Positions 1 to 8,476 of a stretch of DNA of 20,000 nt are shown here, in pieces; position 1 is the first letter of the stretch, and each line of letters begins with the position of its first letter. The position numbers and the translations under genes are program-made. The DNA is from an uncultured virus (IMG/VR IMGVR_UViG_3300014205_000210) (lineage: Duplodnaviria; Heunggongvirae; Uroviricota; Caudoviricetes): the IMG/VR virus record IMGVR_UViG_3300014205_000210, positions 56,162-76,161 of that record; one strand, written 5' to 3'. The notes below the pieces were generated by a model that was not told the DNA's origin, did not search any database, and saw only the letters and a list, made by a program, of their open reading frames with translations.

Positions 1-1
1 A

Positions 2-478
2 TCTGCTTTTGGAAATGAAGGAATTAATCTTAGCGTGCAAGGAACTACTATCCATGGGCATATTCATTTAGCTAAAAACTTTATTCATAATGAAAATCAA
101 CATTACATAATTGGGGTTCCTATTGCTACTCGTCATGGAGAAATTGATAATCCAATATTTGAAATTGTTGAAGGTAAAATTGTTGAAATAACCCACCCAA
201 GTTATTTTGAATATGAAACAGTAGAGTTTGGCCAACTACCAAAAAATAAAAATAATGTTTTGAATATTATTAATGCCCCAGATTCAAATTCAGTAAATGA
301 CTTTTATAAAGATTATTTTGTACGAGATATTGAATTAAAACGTACTGAAAATGCTTTGCAAGAAAATATTACTTTTAATGCTGCAACAATAAAAATTAAG
401 TTTTATACGTTCTGCCTTGAAAATGGAGTGTCAAAAGAAATACTTGATTGTGGACTTCGTTATTTAGGAGAATCTTAA
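2..478 (+). CDS. C-terminal part of a calcineurin-like metallophosphoesterase, probably a gp47/Mre11/SbcD-like recombination nuclease subunit (5'-truncated)
   Basis: The frame is open from base 2 (SAFGNEGINLSVQGTTIHGHIH...), so the tracked start at 35 is probably internal. GHIH followed by YIIGVP resembles the GHxH...YxGSP end of Mre11/SbcD phosphoesterase domains. Adjacent to primase. Confidence 0.55.
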   Translation, partial: SAFGNEGINLSVQGTTIHGHIHLAKNFIHNENQHYIIGVPIATRHGEIDNPIFEIVEGKIVEITHPSYFEYETVEFGQLPKNKNNVLNIINAPDSNSVNDFYKDYFVRDIELKRTENALQENITFNAATIKIKFYTFCLENGVSKEILDCGLRYLGES

Positions 479-1585
479 TTGGAATATACTCGCTCAGATA
501 TTTATAATACTCTTGATGCGTTAAATATTCATTATGTTCAAGATTCTGGAGAATGGGTAAAACTTCAATGTGTAAATACTGCTCATGAAGACAGTACTCC
601 TTCAGCTGGTATTAATGTTGAAACTGGGGTTTATAATTGTTTAGGGTGTAGACTAAAAACTAATATTGTAAAGATAGTTCAAAACATTTATAATTGTACT
701 TATAAAGAAGCAGAGAATTTTGTTAAAACTCAATCTTTTGATTATATACCACAAAATGTTATTTTTCAACCAAAGCAATCTACTGAAATAAAGAAGCCAA
801 AAGAAAAAAAATTAACTGTTAAAACTTCTTTAGAAACTTTTCCTTTACAATCAGAAAAATATAATTACACTTCTCAAAGAGGGTTTACAAAAGATTTTTG
901 TGAAGAATTTAATATTACTCATTGTATTAGTAATTTTTATACTGACTATTTTATTGTACCAATTATAGACTCAAAGAAAAAAATAAATTTGTTTGAAGCT
1001 CGAAAATTAATGCAGTATGAGAAACTTCAAGAGTATTATAAAAGCTCGGATTCATTTAAAAATCTCTCTAAACAATTTAAGCGAGAATGCAAACGAAGAA
1101 AACTTAAACTTGAAAATCAAAAATTATTTGAAAACAATAAAGAAATCTTTTCTATTGAATTAACATACTTACTTCAGAAAAAAGTTTTATACCCTAAAGG
1201 AGTAAGTATAAATACTACTATTTTTAATATTGATAATTTAGATAGGAAAAAACCCTTATATGTAGTTGAGGGATTTGGAAGTGTACCAAAAATTTATTTG
1301 AATATTTCTAAAAATGTAACCTGCACTTTTGGAGCTGTAATTACTGAAGACCAAATGGATTATTTAAAAGAGTTTAAAGAAATACTTTTATTAAATGACA
1401 ATGATTTTGCTGGTTATAAAATGGCGGAACAACTTGGAAAAGAACATTTAAATGCTTATACAATTCCTATTATTTCAGAAGACACCGATGACTCTTATGT
1501 AAAAGATATTCTTTCTACTCCTCAGTTTTTGTGTAATATATATGCAAATAGAAAACTTTTATTAGGAAATTATAAAAAGTTTTAG
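479..1585 (+). CDS. Phage DNA primase (CHC2-type zinc finger + TOPRIM)
   Basis: N-terminal C-x4-HED-x2-PS...YNCLGC zinc-binding domain; TOPRIM motifs YVVEG and LLNDNDFAG; AGGAG RBS just upstream of the TTG start. Confidence 0.85.
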   Translation: MEYTRSDIYNTLDALNIHYVQDSGEWVKLQCVNTAHEDSTPSAGINVETGVYNCLGCRLKTNIVKIVQNIYNCTYKEAENFVKTQSFDYIPQNVIFQPKQSTEIKKPKEKKLTVKTSLETFPLQSEKYNYTSQRGFTKDFCEEFNITHCISNFYTDYFIVPIIDSKKKINLFEARKLMQYEKLQEYYKSSDSFKNLSKQFKRECKRRKLKLENQKLFENNKEIFSIELTYLLQKKVLYPKGVSINTTIFNIDNLDRKKPLYVVEGFGSVPKIYLNISKNVTCTFGAVITEDQMDYLKEFKEILLLNDNDFAGYKMAEQLGKEHLNAYTIPIISEDTDDSYVKDILSTPQFLCNIYANRKLLLGNYKKF

Positions 1586-1896
1586 TCAATTTCAATTTCA
1601 AAAAACTTTAAAATTCCATACAATTCTAGTGCTCGTAAAAGCTCTTTTGATGAATGTACTAAAATGAGTTTTTTGTGTTGTATTTGAAGAGTATTAAAAA
1701 TATTTATAAGGAGAGCTATAAAAGTTGAGTCAAACTCTTTTAGTTGTCTTAAGTCTAAGGTAAATTTTTCGTAAGAGTTTAAATATGGTCTTATTTCTTC
1801 AAAAGCAATATGCGAAGCAAAAAGAGTGATTGATGGTTTGCAAATAGTAATAAATAAACAATTATTTTTAATATCTACTTCAAAATTAATTTTCAC
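1582..1896 (-). CDS. STAS-domain protein, anti-sigma factor antagonist-like (SpoIIAA/RsbV family)
   Basis: 104 aa with FTLDLRQLKEFDSTFIALL...KKLILV...ALELYGILKFFEI, matching the STAS pattern (lDl..v.fmDS[ST]G...l.l...l...Gl...f.i). GTG start with AGGT 5 nt upstream. Confidence 0.75.
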   Translation of the reverse strand: MKINFEVDIKNNCLFITICKPSITLFASHIAFEEIRPYLNSYEKFTLDLRQLKEFDSTFIALLINIFNTLQIQHKKLILVHSSKELLRALELYGILKFFEIEID

Positions 1897-2050
1897 ATAA
1901 ACCTAGCAAGCTTCGTAGTTTGGTATAGGGAAAAGTTTTTGAAGATGCTTTTTAATTTTTTTAATGTTGTTTGTTATTGTTTCCATTTATTTAATTTTTA
2001 AATTAATTTAGTGTTTTATATTTATATTGTTAGAGAGCTTTTATATTTCA

Positions 2051-3025
2051 TTAGTCGATGTATCTTATAGTTATAAAACCACGATTGTAAGATGTTGAAT
2101 TAAAAAGTGTAGAATCGAATGACGCAGTATCTGCCATACTAAAACTTGCTATTCTGTACAATGAAATACCTGTTGCAGTAATCCTAATCTCACCAGCTCC
2201 ACTATTTACTAAATCATATAAATAAAGGCCAGCATCATCTCGTATAAAGCATGATGCGGAACGTATTTTTGAAAATGTTAATCCATGGCTTTTCCAAAGG
2301 CTGCCTGATGAAGCCATATCCCAATCATCAATATTGATGATTTTCTCACGAATTATTCCTGCTCCAGTTCCGGTTTCAGCAATTGCATGAGCATGCCCTG
2401 TGATGTCCCCAATTAAACTTCCTGATAATGTTCCAACAATATTAGATGAAAATGTTTTAGTGCCCGCTATTGTTTGGTTGCCTGTAAGTGCAACATTATT
2501 ACTTGCATTCCCAGTGACATTTCCAACTAAACTTCCAGATATTGTACCATTAACTCGTACATTTCCAGGTAAATAAGTTGTATTTGCTGAATCAAGTGAA
2601 GTTGAAGTTTTATAAGCAGGCCATGTATAATTAAATCCAGTTAATACACTTCCAGAATATGTAGCTTTGCCAATAGTAACTTCATTTGTAGCTTTTACTC
2701 CATTATCAGCACGAATAGCAAAGTCAATATAATTTTCAATAACATCAGCCCACGTATAAGTCATATATACAACAGGACTTCCAGCAGACACATTAATAGT
2801 TACTGCTGTGGTTGTAGTAGCTCTAACCATTTTGTCAGTACCAACATTAAGGTAAGCAACAAATGGGCTTATAGTTACAGTAGCATTATCAACTTTAGTA
2901 AGAGTAGCTCCAGAAAAAATACCAGGTTTAATTGCTCCTCTCAACAAAGTATTAAAACTTGCTGAAGTAGTTGGATTTTTATAATCGAAAGTTAGTGTTT
3001 GATTACCAGAATTTGTCGTACTCAT
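2051..3025 (-). CDS. Tail fibre / receptor-binding protein
   Basis: Last gene of the baseplate cluster. T/S/G-rich fibre-like middle (GSLVGNVTGNAS, LTGNQTIAGTKTFSS, GSLIGDITG) and a distinct C-terminal domain. GAGGA RBS. Confidence 0.65.
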   Translation of the reverse strand: MSTTNSGNQTLTFDYKNPTTSASFNTLLRGAIKPGIFSGATLTKVDNATVTISPFVAYLNVGTDKMVRATTTTAVTINVSAGSPVVYMTYTWADVIENYIDFAIRADNGVKATNEVTIGKATYSGSVLTGFNYTWPAYKTSTSLDSANTTYLPGNVRVNGTISGSLVGNVTGNASNNVALTGNQTIAGTKTFSSNIVGTLSGSLIGDITGHAHAIAETGTGAGIIREKIINIDDWDMASSGSLWKSHGLTFSKIRSASCFIRDDAGLYLYDLVNSGAGEIRITATGISLYRIASFSMADTASFDSTLFNSTSYNRGFITIRYID

Positions 3026-3044
3026 TAAATCGAATCCTCATTAA

Positions 3045-3053
3045 TTATTAGTA
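3045..3053 (-). promoter_or_regulatory. TACTAATAA putative late promoter, upstream of tail fibre
   Basis: Perfect copy of the recurrent 9-mer, 19 nt upstream of the ATG at 3025. Confidence 0.7.
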
Positions 3054-3058
3054 ATGAA

Positions 3059-4198
3059 CTAAACTAAGTTAAATGTAAATGCAATATTGCTATAGAAAGA
3101 CCCACTATTTAAAATAACTTTTGGAAAAGTTGAATACATAAAACACTGGCCACTTGAAGTAAAACAAGCCATTTCTGTAAAATCTGGTACCATAGCTTTT
3201 TCATATAGTTTTCTTCTATATAAAAATGGAGCCTCTGTAATAGAAGTAAGTGTATCAAAAGCAGAAATTGTACAAACTAATCCTTGTACAGAACTAATAG
3301 AAGAATTTATAGTAGTTAATGCCCCACTCCCTAGTTGGACTGAACCAGAATTTATCATAGAAGAAAAACTAGTAGGAGAACCGAAAAACATAGTTTTTTG
3401 ACTACCAGAAAGAAGTCTTTCATAGTCTACATAATTTGTAGTTATAAGTTGACCAGAAGTACCATAGTTAATATGTAAATTTGGTTCATAATACATTTGT
3501 TCTGTTTTACGTTTAATCTGCTTACAATCATTATCAATTGCTTTTAAAGAGTTTAAGCTCATAAATTCAGTAGCATTTTCTATAAAATTAAATTTATAAG
3601 AAAACATAATGCTTCGTAATATTGAATCTACATATGAAGCTTGGTCAAGCATTGTAATAGTACTAGTAGTATCTAAATAAGCTGGAGCAAAACCTGACTC
3701 TTTTGGATCTTCATAGACAGGAATTCCTAATGTATAATATAATAATTTATCATCCCCAGAATCGAGAATATTTATAACACTACTTAATTCAGTCGAAGTC
3801 CAGTAATCTATAAAAGGGCTAATACTATTGTCTTCTACAATTTTTACTAATGGGTATACATCAGCATATAAATTAAAAATATACCCTTCAGCTATATATG
3901 CTTTTCTTCCATTTTTATAAAGAATGCGTTTTATAATAGTTTCAACTTCACGCTTAAGATACTCTTTAGTTATAGCCCACCCTTCATAATAAGATAAGTT
4001 CCAACCAAAACGAATTAATAAATTTTTAAGATCTGTCTCAGTAGCTTTATCTATTATCCATTGGTCATGAATAGTAGTAATTTTTTCATCTTTTAAGCTT
4101 GCAATAGTAGACTGATACGCTTGTATAAATTCTTTCCATTTCGTTACACTCTTTAAATTAGAGGGTAGTAATTTTGTCCAGTCTTTTGTAATTGGCAT
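3059..4198 (-). CDS. Baseplate wedge / fibre-attachment protein (gp7- or P2 gpI-like)
   Basis: Lies between the gp6-like gene and the fibre. N-terminal KLLPSNL...WKEFIQA...DLKNLLIRFG...YKNG resembles gpI/gp7 cores. C-terminal TEMACFTSSGQCFMYSTFPKV resembles the tail-collar E-x-x-x-F..G..Y..F motif. Confidence 0.55.
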   Translation of the reverse strand: MPITKDWTKLLPSNLKSVTKWKEFIQAYQSTIASLKDEKITTIHDQWIIDKATETDLKNLLIRFGWNLSYYEGWAITKEYLKREVETIIKRILYKNGRKAYIAEGYIFNLYADVYPLVKIVEDNSISPFIDYWTSTELSSVINILDSGDDKLLYYTLGIPVYEDPKESGFAPAYLDTTSTITMLDQASYVDSILRSIMFSYKFNFIENATEFMSLNSLKAIDNDCKQIKRKTEQMYYEPNLHINYGTSGQLITTNYVDYERLLSGSQKTMFFGSPTSFSSMINSGSVQLGSGALTTINSSISSVQGLVCTISAFDTLTSITEAPFLYRRKLYEKAMVPDFTEMACFTSSGQCFMYSTFPKVILNSGSFYSNIAFTFNLV

Positions 4199-4199
4199 G

Positions 4200-6092
4200 T
4201 TATGAATAGCTTAATGTTTTAAATATATAGTCAGTGTCAATGTCTGTAATACATCGAGACTCAGGTAATCTAACATCTTCTAAATGAGCAGGAGTTCCAG
4301 CACCATCTTGAGTTTTATATGCTATTGATATAATATATCCAGTTAAATCAGCAGCTTGAGGATTTTGAACTCCGTATGTACTAAGATTATTATAGATTGT
4401 GTCTATATAATACCCAATTTTATTTGTTGTATATGATATATAAGATGATGTTATTGTATAAATATTTGGAGCTGTTAAATCCCCTTGCTTACCAACTATA
4501 GTACCACTAACATCTTTTCCTATAAGATAAGGAATATCATCCCAAACTCCAGCCCGTTTTCGATGAATCCAGATTTCTAAAGTGTCTTGTTGTAAATAAA
4601 TCTGATCTGCTGCTATCGAGGTTTCTGAAGATGGATAACTAACAGCAATTTCATACACTACTAATGTAGCAGCTTTATTTTTTTCCATTTGTAAAACTTC
4701 AGTTTCATGATGGTCAATATATAATACAGAGTCAATAATTTTTGTATAATTTGACCAATAAACATTTTTTTGAAAATCTACATTTAGAATCCCATAATTA
4801 GTTGTTAATGCTGTATCAATTAAGCTATCAACAGTAGTATAAGCTTGAGAAGTTATAGTAGCTTCTATTTTAAACATAAGAAAAATAATAGCTGGGTCAA
4901 ACCATGAAACAATTTCAGTCACTCCCTTTTTATTTTTATCTTTAAGATAAAGTACAACAGCATCTTTCTGAGCGCTTGTTAATGTCGACCCATCAGTAGA
5001 AATAGCTGTAACATATACTTTGTTAACAGTATCAGTAGAAGTATATCCAAGTTCTTCTCCATTAGCTACATTTGCTCGATAAATATATCCAGAAGCTTCT
5101 AAGACAGTTTTCCAATCAGTATCTCCTCCACATCGGTATCCAGCAGCAAATAATTGAGGGCCATAGTTTCGTATGTGCTCAATATCTTCTATATCAGTTC
5201 CATTACTTATTTCATCATCATTAGTAACATATAAAGTAACTACATCCCCATTTGCATCAACTAAGTCTTCTGCAAATTGAGTAATAATATCTGCTTGTGT
5301 AATATTACCAGCAGCTCCATTTGTTTCAGCATACGTAATTTTAACTAATTGCCCCGTAGCTAATTGACGCCCGTAAACATTATCACCAAATTTAATAAGT
5401 ACTTGTTCAAAAGTAGAAGCGTTAACTACTTCACAATAGTAATTTGTGGTGTCTGTTAAAAAATATAATTTTTCTGGATTTGTTATAGTAGCATCAGTTA
5501 AATTATCTTCACCACAAATGTTAACTGCATTAAGAACAGTTCCATTTGAGTCTACAATATCAACTTGAATATAATCATTTTCTACTGTATTAGAAACTAA
5601 AGGGATTATTTCATTTGCTGTTCCAGCAGCTTCATATGTATAAGTTTTAACAGTACCTTCTTTTACAGCAATAGATAATGACCCAGAAGTACCATTTCCA
5701 TAAATTTCAGTTTCAGTGGTATAAGCAAATACTGTTTTATTTGTATTTTGTAATTGAGTCCATTTAGGTATAGTTACACTTACTCCAGTATATGCTGACC
5801 CGCTAAATGTAGAGCTTGCATTAACACTAACTTCTCCAGAGGCTCCTACTGTTCTATAAGGAATGTAACCAATATATGGTGATTGATTTACTAATGACTC
5901 TTTTATTTCTGCAGTTTCCCAAGTGCTTTCACGATAGTAAACTTCAACTAAATATGCTAATTTTTCAATGCCATAAGCTACTACATCGATTAGTCTTTCA
6001 TATACCCCATAAAAAAGTATTTTGGACCAACTTGATAATAAGGATAGCTTATTTTTTAAGTCTGTTTTTATTGAATCAAAATCAAAGGTCAT
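4200..6092 (-). CDS. Baseplate wedge subunit, T4 gp6 / baseplate-J-like
   Basis: FDFDSIKTDLKNKL start, WETAEIKESLVNQSPYIGY, IKFGDNVYG, TNGAAGN, NGTDIEDIEHIR...YRCG..DW: typical gp6 motif series. Confidence 0.85.
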   Translation of the reverse strand: MTFDFDSIKTDLKNKLSLLSSWSKILFYGVYERLIDVVAYGIEKLAYLVEVYYRESTWETAEIKESLVNQSPYIGYIPYRTVGASGEVSVNASSTFSGSAYTGVSVTIPKWTQLQNTNKTVFAYTTETEIYGNGTSGSLSIAVKEGTVKTYTYEAAGTANEIIPLVSNTVENDYIQVDIVDSNGTVLNAVNICGEDNLTDATITNPEKLYFLTDTTNYYCEVVNASTFEQVLIKFGDNVYGRQLATGQLVKITYAETNGAAGNITQADIITQFAEDLVDANGDVVTLYVTNDDEISNGTDIEDIEHIRNYGPQLFAAGYRCGGDTDWKTVLEASGYIYRANVANGEELGYTSTDTVNKVYVTAISTDGSTLTSAQKDAVVLYLKDKNKKGVTEIVSWFDPAIIFLMFKIEATITSQAYTTVDSLIDTALTTNYGILNVDFQKNVYWSNYTKIIDSVLYIDHHETEVLQMEKNKAATLVVYEIAVSYPSSETSIAADQIYLQQDTLEIWIHRKRAGVWDDIPYLIGKDVSGTIVGKQGDLTAPNIYTITSSYISYTTNKIGYYIDTIYNNLSTYGVQNPQAADLTGYIISIAYKTQDGAGTPAHLEDVRLPESRCITDIDTDYIFKTLSYS

Positions 6093-6103
6093 AAATTATT
6101 ACC

Positions 6104-6691
6104 TTAGCTTAAGTTTATGAGTGCAAGTATTTCTTCGAAATAGCTGTCAGAAGCTTCAAGATTTATTAAAAGATATTTACCCCATTGCCAATGCAATTTT
6201 TCTGAATTAAATTTTAGTAATTTGCTTTTCATTTCAGGTTTTTTAATTAATACCCAGTTCCGTAAATTAAGTTCAGAAAATTCTATTTCTTCAAAAGTAA
6301 AAGACTGTTTTGCTGTTAAATCTTTTGTATAAATTTTTAAAGATTGGGTTCGACCTGTAATTGGCTCAGAGTATTCCAGATTTATAATTAATATTTTACG
6401 TACATAGTCTCTTTCTATATATAGTTTTTTTAGTTCAATACTAGGAGAAAAATTATTCATAATACCAGTTCTAATTAAAAATACTAACTGATCAACTTTT
6501 GCATCAGTCATATTTTTAAAAATGGCTCTGTCTAATACACCAGCTTCATTTGGTTTTTTAAGGATATCCCCTAATTTAGAAGTTATCCACGTAGTTAAAG
6601 CAGAATCTACTGCTTCGTTATCAAAATGAACAATAGCTTCACCTGAAGAAGTATCATTGCCAAATAAGTCAAGATCGTGGTATATTTCCAT
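6104..6691 (-). CDS. gp25/GPW-like baseplate sheath initiator with C-terminal extension
   Basis: AVDSALTTWITSKLGDILKKPNEAGVLDRAIF...FSPSIELKKL follows the gp25 pattern (ai...l.T..Ger...P.fG..l...lF...eP.i.l). Located between spike and gp6. Confidence 0.7.
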   Translation of the reverse strand: MEIYHDLDLFGNDTSSGEAIVHFDNEAVDSALTTWITSKLGDILKKPNEAGVLDRAIFKNMTDAKVDQLVFLIRTGIMNNFSPSIELKKLYIERDYVRKILIINLEYSEPITGRTQSLKIYTKDLTAKQSFTFEEIEFSELNLRNWVLIKKPEMKSKLLKFNSEKLHWQWGKYLLINLEASDSYFEEILALINLS

Positions 6692-6706
6692 AATAATTTT
6701 TCTTAA

Positions 6707-6715
6707 TTATTAGTA
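6707..6715 (-). promoter_or_regulatory. TACTAATAA putative late promoter, upstream of gp25-like gene
   Basis: Perfect 9-mer, 15 nt upstream of the ATG at 6691. Confidence 0.7.
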
Positions 6716-6729
6716 ATAACAATGAAGTA

Positions 6730-7416
6730 TTAACTAGTTACAAGTTTTTGAGTTTTAGCAGAAGTTATATTTAAAGTTGTATTTCCCGTAGCTGTGCCAC
6801 CTGCTCCATTTGCTTTTACAATATCAGCATTGAGTAAAGTCAGCATAGTTTGTAGGGCTGTATTTAATTCTGTCCATGTAACTAATTCTTTTGTATTTCC
6901 GTTTATTTCAATTTTATTAGCAGTTGTTGTTTTTATAGTATTGCTATAATTATCAGAATACTCAAGAAGGCCCTGAGTGTTTATATGAACCCATGCTTTT
7001 GGGTGATATATTGTAACCTCAGGTTTTGAATCAGAAGAAGATACTGCGAGGCAAATTCCGTTTTTAAAGTATAAAAATTTCACATCAGGGTATGAAGCTG
7101 ACCCACCAACTGTACTTTTAATATCGTCTTCATACAGTTCATGAGGATGTAAACTTTCTAAATTTAAGTCAAATAAATAAAAAGCATTTCTAAAATTTAT
7201 TTCATCTTCAAAATAAATCCAAACCTTAGAATTGGTTTCTGGTATACAAGAAATTCCATAAGAGTTTGACCCACCAGAAAAGCTTTTAGCTTGACGTGCC
7301 CAAGGATAATCATCTTGCCCAAAGTCTTTCATTTCAGGAAGAATTTTTATTTGAACTTTTCCTTCTTTATCTGTGTCATTGTTGTCAACTATTTCTGCAA
7401 CATAAAACTTAGGCAT
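6730..7416 (-). CDS. Central baseplate spike, gp5/gpV-like OB-fold, no lysozyme domain
   Basis: YVAEIVDNNDTDKEGKVQIKI...PWA...IPETNSKVWIYFED is the gp5/VgrG OB-fold signature, followed by a short beta-strand-rich C-terminus. Confidence 0.85.
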   Translation of the reverse strand: MPKFYVAEIVDNNDTDKEGKVQIKILPEMKDFGQDDYPWARQAKSFSGGSNSYGISCIPETNSKVWIYFEDEINFRNAFYLFDLNLESLHPHELYEDDIKSTVGGSASYPDVKFLYFKNGICLAVSSSDSKPEVTIYHPKAWVHINTQGLLEYSDNYSNTIKTTTANKIEINGNTKELVTWTELNTALQTMLTLLNADIVKANGAGGTATGNTTLNITSAKTQKLVTS

Positions 7417-7426
7417 CGAGTCTCTC

Positions 7427-7738
7427 CTATTTTTTATTAGCTAAAAGAAAATCCTTAAGATCTTGTAATTTTGGTATATTTATTATTGTTCCTACTGGTA
7501 CATCTTCTATATCAGCAATATTATTTAAAAGTAAAAGTACATATTCCCATGATACATCACCATAATAAGCCCAACTTATAAGATAAGGTTTAATAAGTTC
7601 CACAGAAGTTATTGCATGTTTATAAAATCCATTAGCCCAAGGAAAAGTACTCCACTTAATTGTGGTTGAATCATACACTGTAATATTATGAATATTACTA
7701 CTACCTTCTTCTAAAGTGTCCATGAATAAATGATGCAT
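7427..7738 (-). CDS. Baseplate wedge protein, gp53/LysM-like
   Basis: KPYLISWAYYGDVSWEYVLLLLNNIAD..DVPVGTIINIP matches the gp53/LysM pattern rPd.ia...YGd...w.i...N.i......G..i.iP. Confidence 0.8.
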   Translation of the reverse strand: MHHLFMDTLEEGSSNIHNITVYDSTTIKWSTFPWANGFYKHAITSVELIKPYLISWAYYGDVSWEYVLLLLNNIADIEDVPVGTIINIPKLQDLKDFLLANKK

Positions 7739-7744
7739 ATTACT

Positions 7745-8476
7745 TTACCCGCCAGAAGCTGATTTACCAGCAGTTCCTGCACTTTTTTCTCCACCAAGGC
7801 CGCCTTTTGCTCCCTTTGGGTTTTCAACTGCATCAAATATTGCAGTTGTTGCTGGATATAATCCTTTTATAACTAAGTCTAAAGTACCCCAAATAGGCCA
7901 ACCTTTTTTTGTTATCTGCTTTGAATATGTAGGTTCAGCTGACTCTATAAAAGCTGGATTTAAAAATATTATTCCAGGTATTTCCATAGAAATTAGTTTT
8001 CCTTTAGTAGAAATTTCCTTAGTAGAAGTATCTTGTACAGCTTTCATTGTAGCTAAACTAATACCTGGGGTCCTATATACTTCTTTTCCTCCAACTTTTT
8101 CTACACTTAATATAGTTAATGAGATAATTTTTCTCATTTTATCCCAAACATCTTTTTTAGCATCTTCTTCTATAAAAAATATTAATTTAACTGGTATTTC
8201 TGCTGCATCAGTTCCTTGCCATATTGGAACATTAAATTTAGCTCGCAGATTTTCAATTCCTTTGCTTGCAGTTCCTCCTCCAGCAGCAAATAGCTGTGAT
8301 AAAGTAGCAATTTTATTTACTATAGGAATTTCATCACTGATTGAAGTAAAAGTAGATTTATATTTTGGTTGAACATCATCCATAATTGGATGCTCTAAAA
8401 CATTAGAGTCTTGATTAGATTCCGACATATTTCCAGATTGATCATTTAATAATTTTATACGTATTATATTAGCCAT
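7745..8476 (-). CDS. Putative tube initiator / baseplate tail-tube cap (gp48-like)
   Basis: Directly follows the tape measure (TAATG overlap). Tube-fold-like elements IWQGTDAAEIPVKLIF and FIESAEPTYS...GWPIWGTLDLVI. Confidence 0.5.
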   Translation of the reverse strand: MANIIRIKLLNDQSGNMSESNQDSNVLEHPIMDDVQPKYKSTFTSISDEIPIVNKIATLSQLFAAGGGTASKGIENLRAKFNVPIWQGTDAAEIPVKLIFFIEEDAKKDVWDKMRKIISLTILSVEKVGGKEVYRTPGISLATMKAVQDTSTKEISTKGKLISMEIPGIIFLNPAFIESAEPTYSKQITKKGWPIWGTLDLVIKGLYPATTAIFDAVENPKGAKGGLGGEKSAGTAGKSASGG

